Under the pieces are notes generated by a model. That model was not told where the DNA came from, searched no databases, and was given only the letters and a program-made list of their open reading frames with translations. The translations under genes and the position numbers were made by a program. From Okamejei kenojei (lineage: Eukaryota), in assembly GCA_035221665.1 (NCBI GenBank), contig CM069158.1:17980001-18044000 (forward strand): 64,000 nucleotides of DNA, given 5' to 3'. The first letter of the stretch is position 1, and each line of letters starts with the position of its first letter. Below are positions 61,673 through 64,000 of the stretch, in pieces.

Positions 61673-62387
61673 ACCATGTGCTTCTGTTTTACCTTCCACA
61701 GCTCCACTGTTATTTTGTACACAAGGTTTTAGTTTACTCCGTTTCTGCTAATTGCTACACAGCTTCAAAGAGATCAGTTACTTGGCTTAATTAAGATCTG
61801 CAGTTGAAACAAGTTTTCTCAGTACCTGCCGTGGAAAGAGGAACCACTATGATCATTCACTTGTGTCAGATTGTAACAGCAATTAACTACCACTAAAGAT
61901 CATTCATGCAGTTCGTATTTCCATGTTGGACATGTTACTTTGTGTTAGGGTAATTATTAGAGAGGATTCTTCGGTATAGGATTGACTTGCATTTGGTAGA
62001 GAATGGGATAATTAGGGACAATCGTCATGGCTTTACCCTGGGTATGTCAGGCTAATCTGACAGTATTTTGATGAGCCCTTGCTTCTATTCCTTTTGTTCT
62101 TATTCGCCATTTGACCCATTGCCAGGATGGAAATTTCAAATACTAGAGGGCATAGATTTAAGGTGCCAGGGGCAAAGTTTAAGGAGATGTGCAGGGAGAC
62201 TGTTTAGAGGGCGACCAGTGCCTGGAGTACGTTGCCAGGGTTGGTGGTTAATGCAGATACAAAAGTTGCATTTAAGAGGCTTTTGGGTAGGCAGATAATT
62301 ATGCATGGAATAAAGGGATATGGATTATGCATAGGCAGATAATAGATGGTCATGGCATCATGTTCAGCGTAGACATTGTAGGGCAAA

Positions 62388-62920
62388 CATAGAACATAGG
62401 TGCAGGAGTAGGCCATTCGGCCCTTCGAGCCTGCACCGCCATTCAATATGATCATGGCTGATCATCCAACTCAGTATCCTGTACCTGCCTTCTCTCCATA
62501 CCCCCTGATCCCTCTAGCCACAAGGGCCACATCTAACTCCCTCTTAAATATAGCCAATGAACTGGCCTCAACTACCTTCTGTGGAAGAGAATTCCAGAGA
62601 CTCATCACTCACTGTGTGAAAATTTTTTTTCTCATCTCGGTCCGAAAAGATTTCCCCCTTATCCTTAAACTGTGACCTCTTGTTCTGGACTTCCCCAACA
62701 TTGGGAACAATCTTCCTGCATCTAGCCTGTCCAACCCCTTAAGAATTTTTTAAGTTTCTATAAGATCCCCCCTCAATCTTCTAAATTCTAGCACGTACAA
62801 GCCAAGTCCATCTTCATATGAAAGTCCTGACATCCCGGGAATCAGTCTGGTGAACCTTCTCTGTACACCCTCTATGGCAAGAATGTCTTTCCTCAGATTT
62901 GGAGACCAAAACTATATGCA
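62388..62920 (-). mobile_element. CR1 3' fragment
   Basis: Near-identical to 59960-60315 and 60660-60860. Confidence 0.88.
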
Positions 62921-62944
62921 ATCAAAGAGCCTGTTCTAGTGCAA

Positions 62945-63006
<62 letters not shown>

Positions 63007-63089
63007 TTGCACTAGAACAGGCTCTTTGATTGCATATAGTTTTGGTCTCCAAATCTGAGGAAAGACATTCTTGCCATAGAGGGTGTACA
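62862..63089. repeat. Perfect 228-bp palindrome centred on (TA)n
   Basis: TGTACACCCTCTATGGC...TGTGCA(TA)nTGCACA...GCCATAGAGGGTGTACA. Confidence 0.92.
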
Positions 63090-63104
63090 TATGGCAAGAT
63101 GTAG

Positions 63105-64000
63105 TATATATATTACTAAAAGTCTGATCTTGACCACTTCCTGTTGTTCTGTATATTGATTTTAGAAAAAGCGCTGCCACTTACGGCTGTGATTTTTGGC
63201 CATCTTACTTAGAGTCCCCCACTGCTGCACAGGACAAGATTCTTCCCATCGATGAAAAATAAGAGAGTTATTAGTGTTTAAAACATGCTGAGATTCTATC
63301 TCCTGAAGGCCAAGCCCCTTCCGGAGGGATTATAAAACCCATAAGTGTTCAGTGCCTCAGTCAGTCGCTGCAAGATGGGGGGGCGAGAGGGTCACATCTC
63401 TCAGTGTGAGCTGTGAATAATACTGCACACATGTCTACTAAACTGAGTGGTTTTACTGACCTGTCAGTGCCCTTAATGTGGTTTGAAAATATAGTTTGGA
63501 AATTCTAAAGCTGTGTTGCCTTTGGTTTGGAAATGCTGAAGCTGTGTTGCCTTTGGTTTGGAAATGCTAAAGCTGTGTTGCCTTTGGTTTGAAAATGCTA
63601 AAGCTGTGTTGCCTTTGGTTTGGAAATGCTAAGGCTGTGTTGCCTTTGGTTTGGAAATGCTAAAGCTGCGTTGACTAATTAAAGTTGCCTTGCCTTCTAT
63701 ATAATTAAAAGTCTAATCTTGAACACTTCCTGTTTGCACTTTATTTTGATTTTAGAAAAAAATGCTATCACATACTGCTGTGACTTTTGGCCATCTTACT
63801 CAGAGTCCCACTCCGCTCATGAGGATTTTTCCCATTGATGAAAAATAAAAGAGTTATTAGTGTTTAACAAATGTTGAGATTCTCTCTCCTGTCAATCACG
63901 CCGTGAAGGCCACGCCCCGGTGGGAGGGACTATACAACCCAGAAGTGTGGGCATGGCTCAGTCTCTGCAAAATGGAGGAGGGAAAGGTTAAGACTCGCTG
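63105..64000 (-). mobile_element. Helentron/HINE-like element with internal duplication, running off the window
   Basis: TATATTACTAAAAGTCTGATCTTGACCAC is the reverse complement of the 4960-4992 tail; core repeated at 63130-63400 and 63710-64000. Confidence 0.55.
63510..63670. repeat. 31-bp minisatellite, ~5 copies
   Basis: Unit GCTGTGTTGCCTTTGGTTTGGAAATGCTAAA. Confidence 0.9.

Overview
Vertebrate genomic DNA from a cartilaginous fish, probably a skate or ray. This assignment is inferred from the HE1/V-SINE-like, CR1/HER1-like and Penelope-type repeat content. The window opens with the last coding exon of rpl37 and then holds a cluster-type immunoglobulin light-chain locus whose V and C sequences look like the sigma isotype. 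Copy 1 (minus strand, 12269-14571) and copy 2 (plus strand, 41243-43444) are leader/VJ/C genes with V and J already fused in the genome. They sit head-to-head on the two arms of an old ~33-kb inverted duplication. Copy 2 is fully intact (241 aa). Copy 1 has a compensated frameshift and a Tx1-type insertion in its 5'UTR. Copy 3 (53673-59515) is a VJ-joined pseudogene. A fourth V (52522-52790, minus) is an unjoined relic that still carries a 12-bp-spacer RSS. Candidate regulatory elements are decamer/TATA promoters, a J-C intronic cluster of NF-kB sites, and a sharply conserved upstream module. Other content: decayed IgSF-like exons, an unidentified three-exon gene remnant in a 3.2-kb tandem duplication, an internally deleted L1 nested in a hAT element, Helentron-like elements carrying satellites, a Gypsy LTR remnant, and many short repeats with a minimal hammerhead-ribozyme-like core. 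All coordinates and alignments were done by eye and no database searches were run.
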